Under the pieces are notes generated by a model. That model saw nothing but the letters and a program-made list of their open reading frames with translations, did no database searches and was not told where the DNA came from. Positions 39,291-52,274 of a stretch of DNA of 64,000 bases are shown one piece after another. The DNA comes from Octopus sinensis (taxonomy: Eukaryota), in NCBI RefSeq assembly GCF_006345805.1, contig NC_043001.1, positions 133,300,001-133,364,000 on the forward strand, read 5' to 3'. A program made the translations under genes and the position numbers. Numbering within the stretch: position 1 is the first letter of the stretch; each line of letters begins with the position of its first letter.

Positions 39291-39444
39291 CATATATATA
39301 TAGGACAGGCTTCTTTCAGTTTCCATCTACCAAATCTACTCACAAGGCTTTTGTTGGCCCAAGTAGAAGACACTTGCCCAAGGTGCCACACTGTGGGACT
39401 GAACCCGGAACCATGTGGTTGGTAAGCAAGCTACTTACCACACA
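39048..39444 (-). mobile_element. SINE A, ~20 nt downstream of the exon 3 donor
   Basis: Family motifs. Confidence 0.9.
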
Positions 39445-39830
39445 ATAATTATCAAACAAATGTTTTATAATGTTTATGAATTTGCTTTGCAAATTTTTTA
39501 TAAAAGAGAGCTAATTATAATATTAAATCAAAATCAAAGATTTTGACTTCACTATTTCAAAGTTCTTTTTTGTACAAGTGATTTCTTTTCCTTGTAATAT
39601 CTCTTGTGGGATAGTTAACCAAATGGTCTAGTTAGTTTAACCGTTATTTCATCCCTATAATAAATGCTATACAAACTATTGATATTTTCTGGTATTTTAT
39701 TTTTAAAGGAAGAATTGGAATAAAAAAAATATCAAAAGCAAAAAGTGGAAGCACTGCTGCCTTAGTGTAACAAAATATAACATTGGATTCTGTCCCTTTA
39801 ATAACACACACGCATAGGTATGTGTGTGTA

Positions 39831-39862
<32 letters not shown>

Positions 39863-39993
39863 CAGGGTGTCCCAAAAAAATGTATACACACCTTAAATAA
39901 TTGTAAATTTGTTATTCTTTGTAAGCCTAGTACTTATTCTATTGCTCTCTTTTGCCGAACAACTATGTGTATACATCTTTTTGGGACACCCTG
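39863..39993. mobile_element. Tc1/mariner-type MITE containing a SINE A fragment
   Basis: TA|cagggtgtcccaaaaa..tgtatacac ... gtgtatacatctttttgggacaccctg|TA. Confidence 0.85.
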
Positions 39994-40514
39994 TATATAT
40001 ATATATATATATATATATGATTTGATTTTGATTTGATTTTTCCAGTTTCAGCTATATATATATCATGTGTTATGTGAATTTATGGATTTTTCCAGTTTCA
40101 GATATATATATATCATGTGTTATGTGAATTTATGGAAAGGTATCCCATAAAACTCAACAAATTTGTTAAAAATAGAGAAGAGAAATGTTGAAATTTAAGA
40201 GAATTTTAATTCATGTATACAATCATTTCAAACAACGATATTACAATCATGCAAATTCATAGTTGAATAAGAAATATTAAATTAATTTAATTTAATTAAA
40301 TTAATTATATATCATTTTTCTCCTCAGTGCAAGAAGTATAAACAAAAAATTATTACAAATGACTTAATGAAGGGAATAGCAGAGAATGATCTTGGACATT
40401 CATATTTATCCTTATGTGAAATACAAGCCTCATAATAATGAGTGTGAGTCCTGTTAGGTATAAACAAAAACTAAGGCAACTAATGATAATTTGAAAATAT
40501 AAGTGAAAAAGATT

Positions 40515-41410
40515 TTAAATAATAATAATAATAATAATTGTGTACAGTGCTCAGGTGCACTACAACTCATCTAAAGTGTATATATAATCAGGTGTAGTTT
40601 CGGCGGATTTCGGAAAGCATGAGGGCCTTAAAAGATGCAGTGTCATGGCAGTCAACAACTGACGCAGGCAGTTTATTCCATGCTTCAGCAACTCTGAGCG
40701 TGAAAAAATGTTTCTGAAAGTCATGGGAGCTGTATTGTTTTCTGACTTTGTAGGCATGTCCACGTGTGTTAGACCATGGAGATCAAAAAGGTGTTCAGTG
40801 TTGTTGTTGGTGAGGTGGTTGATAACTTTGTGGGTGTTTACCAAGTCCGTCGCCAAACGCCGGAGCTTCAGTGAATCCATGCCCAGGGAAACAAGGCGCT
40901 CAGAATATGGTAGGTGTCTGATGGAGGGTATGCGTTTGGTTGCACGTCTCTGGACAGATTCCAGGAGGTCAATGTTCTGTGCAAGATAGGGGTTCCAAAC
41001 TGATGATGCGAATTCCAAGTGTGGTCGTACCATAGCTGTATACAGTTTTAAATAGATGGCTGGAGAGCGGCTAACAAAAGACCTGCTGAGTGATGCCAAG
41101 ACACCCTCGGCCTTCCTGACAATCTTAGAGATATGCTTTGACCAACGCAAATCACTGCTGACAGTGATGCCTAGGTCACGCTCGCAAGAGGATTTCTTGA
41201 TATCAGTGTTGTGGAGGGAGTAAGTGAACGCAGGGTTTTTTCTCCCAAAATGCATGGTGGTACACTTGTCCACAGCCAGTTTCAGTTGCCAGTCTGTGAT
41301 CCATTGCTGCATTGTGTCTAGGTCTGATTGCAGGAAAGAGTTGTAGACATCAGGATCTGTCCTCTTGATTTCAAGAGACGTTCCCTCTATAGAAGATAAA
41401 GGAGATAAGG
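40515..41410 (-). mobile_element. CR1-like LINE 3' part
   Basis: ORF 40560-41312: ERDLGITV..LYTAMVRPHLEFASSVWNPY..LESVQRRATK. Confidence 0.9.
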
Positions 41411-41426
41411 GATTCTAACTCCAAAT

Positions 41427-42175
41427 TGGACTTGGAAGCACTCCGTCGGTTACGACGACGAGGGTTCCTGTTGATCCGATCAACGGAACAGCCTGCTCGT
41501 GAAATTAAGTCCCGGGGTCGATTTGCTCGACTAAAGGCGGTGCTCCAGCATGGCCGCAGTCAAATGACTGAAACAAGTAAAAGAGTAAAAGAGAATGCTA
41601 AAATCGTAAATACGGAAAAAATGGTAACGAAACTAAAATCCGTTATAAGGGTTAAGTTGCCCAAGGAGATGTACGGTGATACTGTGAAAGCGATTTTAAT
41701 CAACAAAGAAAAATATAGCAAGTTGAAGGAAATGTGTAATGTTGAACCACCGGATTCATGGTGGAGTTTGATGAACTACCACCAGTAGTGGATGGAAGCA
41801 CTCTGTCGGTTACGACAAGGAGGGTTCTGGTTGATCTGAATCAACGGAACAGCCTGCTCGTGAAATTAACGTGTAAATGGCTGAGCACTCCACAGACATG
41901 TGTACCCTTAACGTAGTTCTCGGGGATATTCAGCATGACACAGAGAGTGACAAGGCCGGCCCTTTGAAATACAGGTACGATAGAAACAGGAAGTAAGAGT
42001 GAGAGAAAGTTGTGGTGAAAGAGTACAGCAGGGATCACCACCATCCCTGTCGGAGCCTCGTGAAGCTTTAGGTGTTTTCGCTCAATAAACACTCACAACG
42101 CCCGGTCTGGGAATCGAAACCGCGATCCTACGACCGCGAGTCCGCTGCCCTAACCACTGAGCCATTGCGCCTCCA
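41427..42175 (-). mobile_element. Composite retroposed unit: SINE B + transduced flank + antisense SINE A piece + SINE B tail
   Basis: 12-bp TSD ctaactccaaat at 41415-41426 and 42176-42187. Confidence 0.8.
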
Positions 42176-42491
42176 CTAACTCCAAATAAGTCATGTGTGT
42201 AAAGGAAGTTTAATAGAGATGTCCAATGGAAAAGCATAGTTATGTTTGAATTAGGATATGACCTGACAGTTATAAACAATACTAGGTGTTGTGTATATTT
42301 AAAAAAGATTTTTATGTGAGGATGAAGTTAAACTAGAGTATGTAGTATATAGATGGCTGCTGGAATGTAATGTAAACATGTATTAAGGGGTGGAAATGCT
42401 TAAAGAGCTATGTAAAATGGAGTTGTGTTAGTGTAAGAACTAATATTCATTTGTATGTATTAAATATAAGGTAAAAAATTAATAAGCACAC

Positions 42492-42539
<48 letters not shown>

Positions 42540-42586
42540 TAATAATAGTAGTAGTAATAATAATAGTAATAATAATAATAATAATA

Positions 42587-42617
<31 letters not shown>

Positions 42618-42640
42618 TAGTAATAAAAATAATAATAATA

Positions 42641-42679
<39 letters not shown>

Positions 42680-42934
42680 TAATAATAATAGTAAAAATAA
42701 TAATAATAATAATAATAGTAATAATAATAATAATAATAGTAATAATATATAATAATAATAATAGTAATAGTAATAATAATAATAATAATAATAATAGTAG
42801 TAATAATAATAATAATAGTAATAATAATAATAATGATAATAATAATAATAGTAATAATAAATAATATAATAATAATAATAATAATAATAATAGTAATAAT
42901 AATAATAATAATAATAGTAATAATAATAATAATA

Positions 42935-42988
<54 letters not shown>

Positions 42989-42990
42989 TT
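42492..42990. repeat. (TAA)n microsatellite, ~500 bp
   Basis: Direct reading. Confidence 0.98.
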
Positions 42991-45385
42991 AATAAGGAGT
43001 ATCAAAATAACAAACTCGGCATCTGAACAACTTTGGACCCCCATAACAACTGAAGAGGTCACCCAGGCACTGCAAAGACTAAGTAACTGGAAGGCACCTG
43101 GGCATGACAAGATCCCCAACTTCTGGTTGAAATATCTAACAGGAATGCACAAAAAGCTGGCTGAAAACTTTAACAACATACTAGCAGAGCCAGAGCCAAT
43201 GCCTGAATGGCTCACGAAGGGGAAAACCATCTTAATTCCCAAATCAAATGAGACAGCAAATGTTCAAGGCATTTACTGCAGTGATATCGCAAAGGTTGAA
43301 CAAGCACCTGGACGAAAACAAACTGTTCCCAGAAGAGCAGAAAGGATGCCGCAAAGGCTCATATGGCTGTAAAGATCAACTAATGATTAATAAAGCCATA
43401 ACTGAAGACAGCCACAGAAAGAAGAAAGGCCTCAGTATGGCCTGGATTGACTACAAAAAGGCGTTTGTTAGCATCCCCCACACATGGATCCTCGAAACAC
43501 TAGCCATTAACAAAGTAGCACCAACAATCATAAAATTCATAGAGCACTCTATGAATAAATGGCAAACAGTCCTACACCTCCAAACAAAAGAGAGACTCAT
43601 GAAAACCAAAGACATCCCCATTAGAAGAGGAATATTCCAGGGAGACACGCTCTCTCCACTCCTTTTCTGCTTGGCACTATCACCTCTATCTGATATACTA
43701 AATAGAACTGGATGCGGATATAAATGTTATGGCAAAATGATCAGCCACCTTTTATATACGCTGCAAATGACAAACAGCTGGAAACACTATTAAAGACAGT
43801 TCATGGATTTACCAAAGAAATAGATATGAAATTTGGATTAGAAAAATGCGCCAAAGTAACCATGAAAAGAGGAAAACTAGTAAGAGTAGCAACATCACAC
43901 TAGATAAAACCAATGAAATAAAAGAATTAGACCAAAGCCAAACTTACAAATACTTAGGAATCCATGAACTAGATAAGACACAACACACACAAATGAAAGA
44001 GAAAATAAAAAAAGAATATTATAGATGAGTTAGATCAATACTAAAAACAGAGCTCAATGCTAAAAACAAGATAATAGGTATTAACACTTTAGCTGTCCCA
44101 GTTATAAGTTACAGCTACAATATCCTTAACTGGACACGAAATGAACTGACCAAAATAGATAGGAAAACAAGAAAAATAATGACAGGATCTAGGATGCATC
44201 ACCCAAAATCTGACATAGGAAGACTATATATACAATGTATAGAAGGTGGTAGAGGCCTTATACAACTGGAAAACTACTATAAAATAACCACCATAGGACT
44301 GCAAAAATATCTACTTCAGAAGGAAGGAAAACTGATACAAATAGCGGCAAAACACGAGCAAAACAAAAAACTGTTCTCAGTATTTAAGGAAGCTGACAAA
44401 TACAAACAAGAAATCATACCACCTAATAAATATGAAGAAGAAGAAGAAGAAACAACAAAAGCTATAAAACAAATGAAATCCAAACTAAAAATAGAACAGC
44501 AACGAACCATGATAAAACGATGGCAAGAAAAGCCCCTTCATGGCAAATACTGGACAAAACTAAACGCAAAAGAAATAGACAAAGAAAAATCCCAGCAATG
44601 GTTGAGAAGCTCAGGACTCAAAGCAGAAACAGAGGGATTTTTAATTGCAGCACAAGACCAAAGTCTCCCCACCAGAAATTACCAAAAACATGTAATGAAA
44701 AGAAATATAACAAGTAACTGCAGAATATGTGGAGATGGACAAGAAACAATAAATTATATTATCTCTAGCTGCCCAGTCCTGGCTAAGAAGGAATATATTC
44801 ACAGACATGACAGAGTTGGAACCTACATACATTGGAAGCTATGCCAACATTATGGAATAACAGCAGAAAAAAGATGGTATAGGCACACACCAGAAAAGGT
44901 CACAGAAAACGAGAAAGCAACCATACTCTGGGATATGCCGATACACACAGATAGAGAAATTAAGGCCAACAGGCCAGATATAGTTGTCAGAGATCATGAA
45001 GAAAAAAAATGCTTTCTAATTGATGTATCAATACCGGCAGATGACAACGTGTCTCTAAAAGAAATGGAGAAACTCTCAAAATACAAAGACCTGGAAATAG
45101 AGGTAACCAGAATGTGGAATCTGAAAACAGAAACAATTCCTATCTTAGTAGGTGCATTAGGCATGATAAAAAAATATTCAGACAAATACATAACAAAAAC
45201 ACCAGGACTTACAAACACATATAACATACAGAAAATTGCACTACTAGGCACTGCACACATCCTACACAGAACACTTTCCATACAATAACCATCAGAGCAT
45301 CACAACAAATCACAGCACCTACCCAAGGCACACAGAGCTGCGCTCGGTAGTGAAGTGAAAGCACGATATAAAAATAAAACTACTG
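42991..45385 (+). mobile_element. 5'-truncated R4/Dong-clade LINE (RT, Zn knuckle, restriction-like endonuclease) in (TAA)n
   Basis: WKAPGHD, EEQKGC, AWIDYKKAF, GIFQGD.LSPLLF; CRIC..ETINYIISSC..RHD..RPDIVV..IDVSIP..EK..KY; TAA arrays on both sides. Confidence 0.92.
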
Positions 45386-45398
45386 AATAATAATAATA

Positions 45399-45461
<63 letters not shown>

Positions 45462-45471
45462 GTAATAATAA

Positions 45472-46027
45472 ATGCCCTGATGCAGTACCAGGCAGTGGCT
45501 CTCATGGCTTCTGATCTTAACTGATTGGAAGTGTTATCATGTACATTGTTTTGTCTTGGTATAAAAGATGGGCTACAGCAAATATTCTGCTCAATACCAC
45601 AGATTTGCTTGTCAGTTGTTTGACCTTAACCAGTTGAGCATGTCCCTTAGTGGCTGACGATATGTGCATCTCTGATCACGAGCAGAAGTAGTGGGGGAGC
45701 ATCATAGCCATGTGTTGAGAAGGATTCTTTGGGGTTTGAATAATTCACCTCTGGAAACATGGGTGTTTCGTTCAACGTCCTTAAACAACCCTTATTCAGG
45801 GACCTTTTGAGCGGGATGGGCTACTCGATCTGAAGAAAATTCTAACTGGGCTCCATCTACAAGGTCATGTGCTGTTTATCTTGATATGAGATCACCATGT
45901 CGTGCACATATGGTTGTGATGCATGTGCCTGGTGTACCCTTATCAGACGGGTAGTCATGATGGGTATACTGGGCTTCGTATATTTTACCCCAGTGTCACT
46001 TTGATGGCATGCTCTGCTCGCTCACTC
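45472..46027 (+). mobile_element. Element E: ~555-bp non-tRNA short element in (TAA)n, copy 1
   Basis: atgccctgatgcag...gctcactc; (TAA)n on both sides; two further copies. Confidence 0.85.
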
Positions 46028-46040
46028 AATAGTAATAATA

Positions 46041-46079
<39 letters not shown>

Positions 46080-46457
46080 TAATAATGATAATAATAATAA
46101 TAATGATAATAATAATAATAATATAATGATAATAATAATAATAATAATAATAGTAATAATAATAATAATAAGAAGAAGAAGAAGAGAAGGCGGCTGGACG
46201 TGATAGAAGCTGGACGTGTTTTTCGCTGCTCTGACCAACCCAGCGTGACAACGGAAAAACTGGAAGATCTACTGTTTTCTGTGAGTAATTTGAATTTCCC
46301 TCAAAATAAGCTAAGGAACTTACATATCTACAGCTTTGCACATACAAGCGAACACCTAACGACTTTTATTTATACACTATAGAAAATAAAGAAGACAAAA
46401 GTCTCAGTAACTGAGAGGAGGGAAATATTTGGTATCATTGATTGTAAAGACTCCTAT

Positions 46458-46862
46458 ACTCTTTTACTCTTTTACTTGTTTCAGTCATTTGACTGCGGCC
46501 ATGCTGGAGTCGAGCAAATCGACCCCCGGGACTTATTCTTTGTAAGCCCAGTACTTATTCTATCGGCCTCTTTTTGCCGAACCGCTAAGTGATGGGGATT
46601 TAAACACACCAGCATCGGTTGTCAAGCAAAGCTAGGGGGACAAACACAGACACACAAACATATACACACACACTTATATATATATATACATATATACGAC
46701 AAGCTCCTTTCAGTTTCCGTCTACCAAATCCACTCACAAGGCATTGGTCGGCCCAGGGCTATAGCAGAAGACACTTGCCCAAGATGCCATGCAGTGGGAC
46801 TGAACCCGGAACCATGTGGTTGGTTAGCAAGCTACTTACCACACAGCCACTCCTGCGCCTAT
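46458..46862 (-). mobile_element. SINE A, full length
   Basis: Family motifs. Confidence 0.9.
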
Positions 46863-47254
46863 ATGTAAGAAAATAAAAAATAATGAAAATACACACTAGG
46901 GTCAATGGAAGTGTACTACCACTAAGGCTATAAAAGCAGATGTATCCCCAAAAGATTGATAAAAATACTCGAAAACCAACAAGTCTCAGTAGGTAACATA
47001 CTACTTTATGGGCAATGAATGGCACCAGGATACCATAATATAGTTTGGTAGTCCTTAGCATAAAGCACAAAAATTCCAGCACCATACAAGCCCAATTTTT
47101 TTATGTGTGACAATGATGTAACAACATTAGGCCTAAAACTTTGTAGAAAGTTGGGCTTGGTGCAAATCAGCTATAGTATAACACCATCAGATATAAGAAA
47201 ACAACTGTGAAGCATAGAAGACTTTGCAAGTGAGAATCTTGAAGTATTTAAAGG

Positions 47255-47815
47255 CATTGGGAATTTTCCAAGAGAATCAAAAAATACACATTGTTGAAAA
47301 TATAACACTAGTGGTACAACCTCCAAGAAAATATTCAGTGCACTTGAAAGATGAATTAAAAAAAAAGAATTAAATGAAATGGATGGTATTTGTGTGATCA
47401 CAAAAGTAAACGAACCAATAGACTGGGTGAATGCAATCACATGTAGCAGGAAAAAATGGTGAGTTATAGATATGTTTAGATCCAAAACCATTGAATAAAT
47501 GCATTAAAAGAACTTATCACAAAGTCCCAACCCTTGAGGAAGTTTCCAACAAACTAGCAGGTACCAAATATTTCACAAAATTAGATGCAGAATATGGGTA
47601 GTGGACAATACATTTTGATAGAGAATCATGTCTTTCTACATGTTTCAATACACTGTTTGGACAGTACAGATATTTAAGGTATCCATTTTTGTGCAAGGTG
47701 TTTCAGGACATTTTTCAGCAAAAAATGGACCAAATACTAGAAAACTGCACAAGAACCAATGGTATATCTGATGGTAATTGCATTTTTGGCAAAAGAATTG
47801 AAGATCAGGATTTCC
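47255..47815 (+). pseudogene. Decayed Gypsy RT fragment (different family from the 5.9-kb element)
   Basis: PPRK..LKDELKKEL, EPIDWVN, CLDPKPLN, YFTKLDA, FNT.FG.Y. Confidence 0.8.
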
Positions 47816-49850
47816 TGTAACTGAAAGAGACAATATTCTCTTTAGAATACGAGCTGTACCCAACAATGCTGTCTTCTGGATCATCTCGAGCCTGACAGCA
47901 GCTCCAATATTCTTAATATGTTTTTCAAAGCCCTTGGAAACTGCTCTTAATGCCCCAATTACCACCAGTATCACCATTACTTTCCTTATGCCCCATAACT
48001 CACCTAATTCGTCCTGCAGTAGCTGGTATTTCAGTCTTTTCTGATTCCATACATTTCACCCTCGAATCACCTGGTATTGCAACATCTATTATCGTTACTT
48101 CTTTTTTATCTTTAGGGATGAGCATGATATCTGGTTGTCTCACCTCTATGACTTGGTCGCACTGCATGTTAAAATCCCACTGTGTTTTGTAATGTTTATT
48201 TTCCATTACTCCCTCTGGCTTGTGTTTCATACCATTGTTCAGCTCTCTCAAGGTTTGCTTTACTGCGCAACAGCCAGTGGACATATCTGGCCACATTGTC
48301 ATGACGCCTTTTATAATTCACACTGTGCAAGCTTACAACACTCACTAACAATATGGCTTATATGTTCTCCCTTCAGAGCACATCCTACACCGTGGCGAGT
48401 CAGTGCTTTTATCAATGTGATATTTGAAGTAGTTTGTTTTGAGAGCTTGTTCTTGAGTGCTGCACACAAATGCTTCAGTGGCCCCTTTTAAGTCTCCTTT
48501 CTGCAGCCATTGCTAGGTTCTATTCAAATCAGTCTCTTCCTTATTCTTCAAGTATTGACTGTGCCTTTTCTTGTCCTACCAAATTTTCTTCCCCTGCTCT
48601 CTCTCTTTCTGGTCTTTCTTAACTTGTGCTGGATCTATGGCTTTGTTCACTTTTAAGGTTCCCTACATTTTCACTGATTCAATCATTTCTTCTTTACATC
48701 CCTTAACAAACCAATCCAGGCTATTCTCCTCTTCCCTTACACAACCTTCACAATACACTAATCCCTATCCTCCCTCTCTCCTTTATATACAATCTTGACA
48801 CATCACTCTTGGGGTGTAGTTCTTTGTTTATTGTCATCATTGTCATTAATTTACATGTTCTCTCTCTTGTAATTCATGTTTCTTCCATGATACGATTCCT
48901 GCTCCATATCTCATCAAAGCAACTGCCCACATGTAAATTGCTCTAATCTTATAGCGGCCATTTAGCTTCAACTGGAGCACAAGCCGAGTTCTCTTCAAAT
49001 ACTCTTTCCTGTACATTTCTTTCATCTTGTGTTCATTCATCTTCTCTCTTTCAATGATACCCAGGTACTTATATCCTTCCTCTCCGACTTCCTTTATAGT
49101 TACACCACTTCCCAGCTTGATCCCATAGCTTTTACTGATTTTCTCCCGTTTGAGAATCATTACACCACATTTCTCGATCCCAAATTCCATGCCAATATTT
49201 TTGCTAATCATCTGCACAAGTTGCCATCAAACTCCCAATTTCTTTCTCAGTCTTAGTGAATATCTTTAGGTCATCTATAAACCACATGTTGTTTACTTTC
49301 ACCCTGCCTAGCATGTACACCACACACATCTTTCTTAAAATGCTTCTTAGTGGCAGTATACAACCAACAAATAGGAGAGGTGACATACTGTCTCCTTGAA
49401 AGAGTCCTCTTTTAATATTTACCTCTCCCAGCTTATCTCCCCATGCTGTGAGTTCAGTTCACCACATTGTCATTGAGTTTTGTATTACCTTCAGGATATT
49501 GTGTGAAACCTTAAGTAGTTTAAGGCATTCAATAATCCATGGGTGTAGGACCGTGTCATATGCTTTCCTGTAGTCCACCCATGCCATCGCCAAATTTTTG
49601 TGTCCCTTCTTGCAATCTGCCAGGATAATCTTATCAATTAGTAATTGATCCTTCGTTCCTCTGCTCTTACATCTACACCCTTTTTATTTCACTGGTAGTA
49701 GCTCACTCTCATCTAAGTACTTACAGATGCTGTTTGATATGATGCCCATCATCTAGTGTGCAGAAATATTGTTCAACCAATTTCACAAGATATGGCACTC
49801 TTTTATTTATTTATTTGTGTATAACTTCTGGATGAGTTACCTCGGTCCTA
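47815..49850 (-). mobile_element. Second, older R4/Dong-clade LINE fragment
   Basis: [54 protein letters not shown]. Confidence 0.85.
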
Positions 49851-49913
49851 TATAGTATCATCATCATCATCATCATCATCATCACCACCACCACCACCAC
49901 CACCACCACCACC

Positions 49914-49947
<34 letters not shown>

Positions 49948-49958
49948 TCATCATCATT

Positions 49959-50514
49959 GAGTGAGAGAGCAGTTCATGCCATCAAAGTGACACTGGGGTA
50001 AAATATACGAAGACCAATATACCCATCATGACTACCCGTCTGATAAGGGTACACTAGGCACATGCATCACAACTATATGTGCGCGACATGGTGATCTCAT
50101 GTCAAGATAAACAGCACATGACCTTGCAGGTTGGGCCCAGTTAGAATTTTCTTCAGGTTGAGTAGCCCATCCCGCTCAAAAGGTCCCTGAATAAGGGTTG
50201 TTTAAGGATGTTGAAAGAACCACCCATGTTTCCAGAGGTGAATTATTCAAACCCCAAAGAATCCCTCTCAACACATGGCTATGATGCTCCCCCACTACTT
50301 CTACTCGTGATCAGAGATGCACATATCGTCATCCACCAAGGGACATGCTCAACTGGTTAAGGTCAAACAACTGACAAGCAAATCTGTGGTATTGAGCAGA
50401 ATATTTGCTGTAGCCCATCTTTTATACCAAGACAAAACAATGTACATGATAACACTTCCAATCAGTTAAGATCAGAAGCCATGAGAGCCACTGCCTGGTA
50501 CTACATCAGGGCAT
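49959..50514 (-). mobile_element. Element E copy 2, full length
   Basis: Reverse complement of 45472-46027; flanked by (CAT)n and (ATT)n. Confidence 0.85.
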
Positions 50515-50556
<42 letters not shown>

Positions 50557-50568
50557 TTATCATTATCA

Positions 50569-50603
<35 letters not shown>

Positions 50604-51109
50604 GAGTGAGAGAGCAGTTCATGCCATCAAAGTGACACTGGGGTAAAATATACGAAGCCCAATATACCCATCATGACTACCCTTCTGATAAGGGTACACC
50701 AAGCACATGCATCCCAACCATATGTGCGCGACATGGTGATCTCATATCAAGATAAACAGCGCATGACCTTGCAGGTGGGGCCCAGTTAGAATTTTCTTCA
50801 GGTTGAGTAGCCCATCCCACTCAAAATGTCCCTGAATAAGGGTTGTTTAAGAATGTTCAAAGAACCACCCATGTTTCCAGAGGTGAATTATTCAAACCCC
50901 AAAGAATCCCTCTCAACACATAGCTATGATGCTCTCCCACTACTTCTGCTCGTGATCAGAGATGCACATATCGTCAGCCACTAAGGGACATGCTCAACTG
51001 GTTAAGGTCAAACAACTGACAAGCAAATCTGTGGTATTGAGCAGAATATTTGCTGTAGCCCATCTTTTATACCAAGACAAAACAATGTACATGATAACAC
51101 TTTCAATCA

Positions 51110-51113
<4 letters not shown>
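50604..51113 (-). mobile_element. Element E copy 3, 5'-truncated by ~45 nt
   Basis: Same 3' end; 5' end stops at an internal TAA; (ATT)n on both sides. Confidence 0.85.
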
Positions 51114-51171
<58 letters not shown>

Positions 51172-51177
51172 CATTGA

Positions 51178-51620
51178 TAAGGTAGTGAGCTAGCAGAATT
51201 GTTAGAACACTGGACAAAATGCTTAGTGGTATTTTGCCTATCACTTTGTTCTGAGTTCAAATTCTGCCAAGGTGACTTTGCCTTTCATCCTTTCAGGGTC
51301 AATAAAATAAGTACCAGTTACACACTGGGGTCGATGTAATCGACTAGCCCCTTCCACCAAAATTTTCAAGGCCTTGTACCTAGAGTAAAAATAACTATTA
51401 TTATTATCATTATTGAGCTAGCAAAATTGTTAGCACAGTGGACAAAGTGCTTAGTGATATTTTGTCTATCACTACGTTCTGAGTTCAAATTCCGCTGAGA
51501 CTGACTTTGCCTTTCATCTTTTCAGGGTCAATAAATTAAATACCAGTTGAGTACTTGGGTCGATGTAATTGACTAGTCCCCTCCCCACAAACTTCAGGCC
51601 TTGCACCTATTGTAGAAAAG
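51178..51620 (+). mobile_element. Two diverged SINE C-like copies in tandem
   Basis: gagttcaaatt B-box and gactttgcctttcatc core twice. Confidence 0.75.
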
Positions 51621-51767
51621 ATTTTTATTATTATTGATATTATTATTTTTAAAATAAAGGAAGGAACACATATCATCATGGTGGAAAGTTAAGTCATTGA
51701 ATTTACATGTGCCACACTACTTGTAATAATATCTTGGTTCTTTCCAGTCATCATTTTAAGTGCAGCA

Positions 51768-52150
51768 GTGGAGGCACAATGGCCCAGTGGTTAGGGCAGC
51801 GGACTCGCGGTCGTAGGATCGTGGTTTCGATTCCCAGACCGGGCGTTGTGAGTGTTTATTGAGCGAAAACACCTAAACCTTCACGAGGCTCCGGCAGGGA
51901 TGGTGGGGATCCCTGCTGTACTCTTTCACCACAACTTTCTCTCACTCTTACTTCCTGTTTCTGTTGTACCTGTATTTCAAAGGGCCGGCCTTGTCACTCT
52001 CTGTGTCACGCTGAATATCCTCGAGAACTACGTTAAGGGTACACGTGTCTGTGGAGTGCTCAGCCACTTACACGTTAATTTCACGAGCAGGCTGTTCCGT
52101 TGATCGGATCAACTGGAACCCTCGTCGTCGTAACCGACGGAGTGCTTCCC
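51768..52150 (+). mobile_element. SINE B, full length, ~125 nt upstream of exon 4
   Basis: Family motifs. Confidence 0.92.
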
Positions 52151-52274
52151 CCCCCCCATTAAGTGCAGCTCTGACCTCATAATCTAAAGACAAATTTTCT
52201 ACCATATTATGAAGAAGACTTTATAAGTTGCCTGTACTCACAGATGGTAATAATATTTGTGACATATTTTACAG

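Noticed and set aside
40040-40135. ~50-bp direct tandem duplication
   Set aside because: Ordinary local intronic duplication next to (TA)n with no further structure
42460-43372. Poly-Ile/Tyr ORFs and apparent N-terminal extension of the R4 ORF
   Set aside because: Translation of (TAA)n; the LINE is 5'-truncated at ~42991. The same applies to 45923-46347
45472-45495. Resemblance of the element E head (cctgatgcagtaccagg) to U2 snRNA stem-loop IV
   Set aside because: Only ~8-nt identity in a short hairpin; no other U2 sequence or Sm site
51768-51845. tRNA-Arg-like sequences at SINE B heads
   Set aside because: No complete cloverleaf or acceptor stem; each continues into the SINE body
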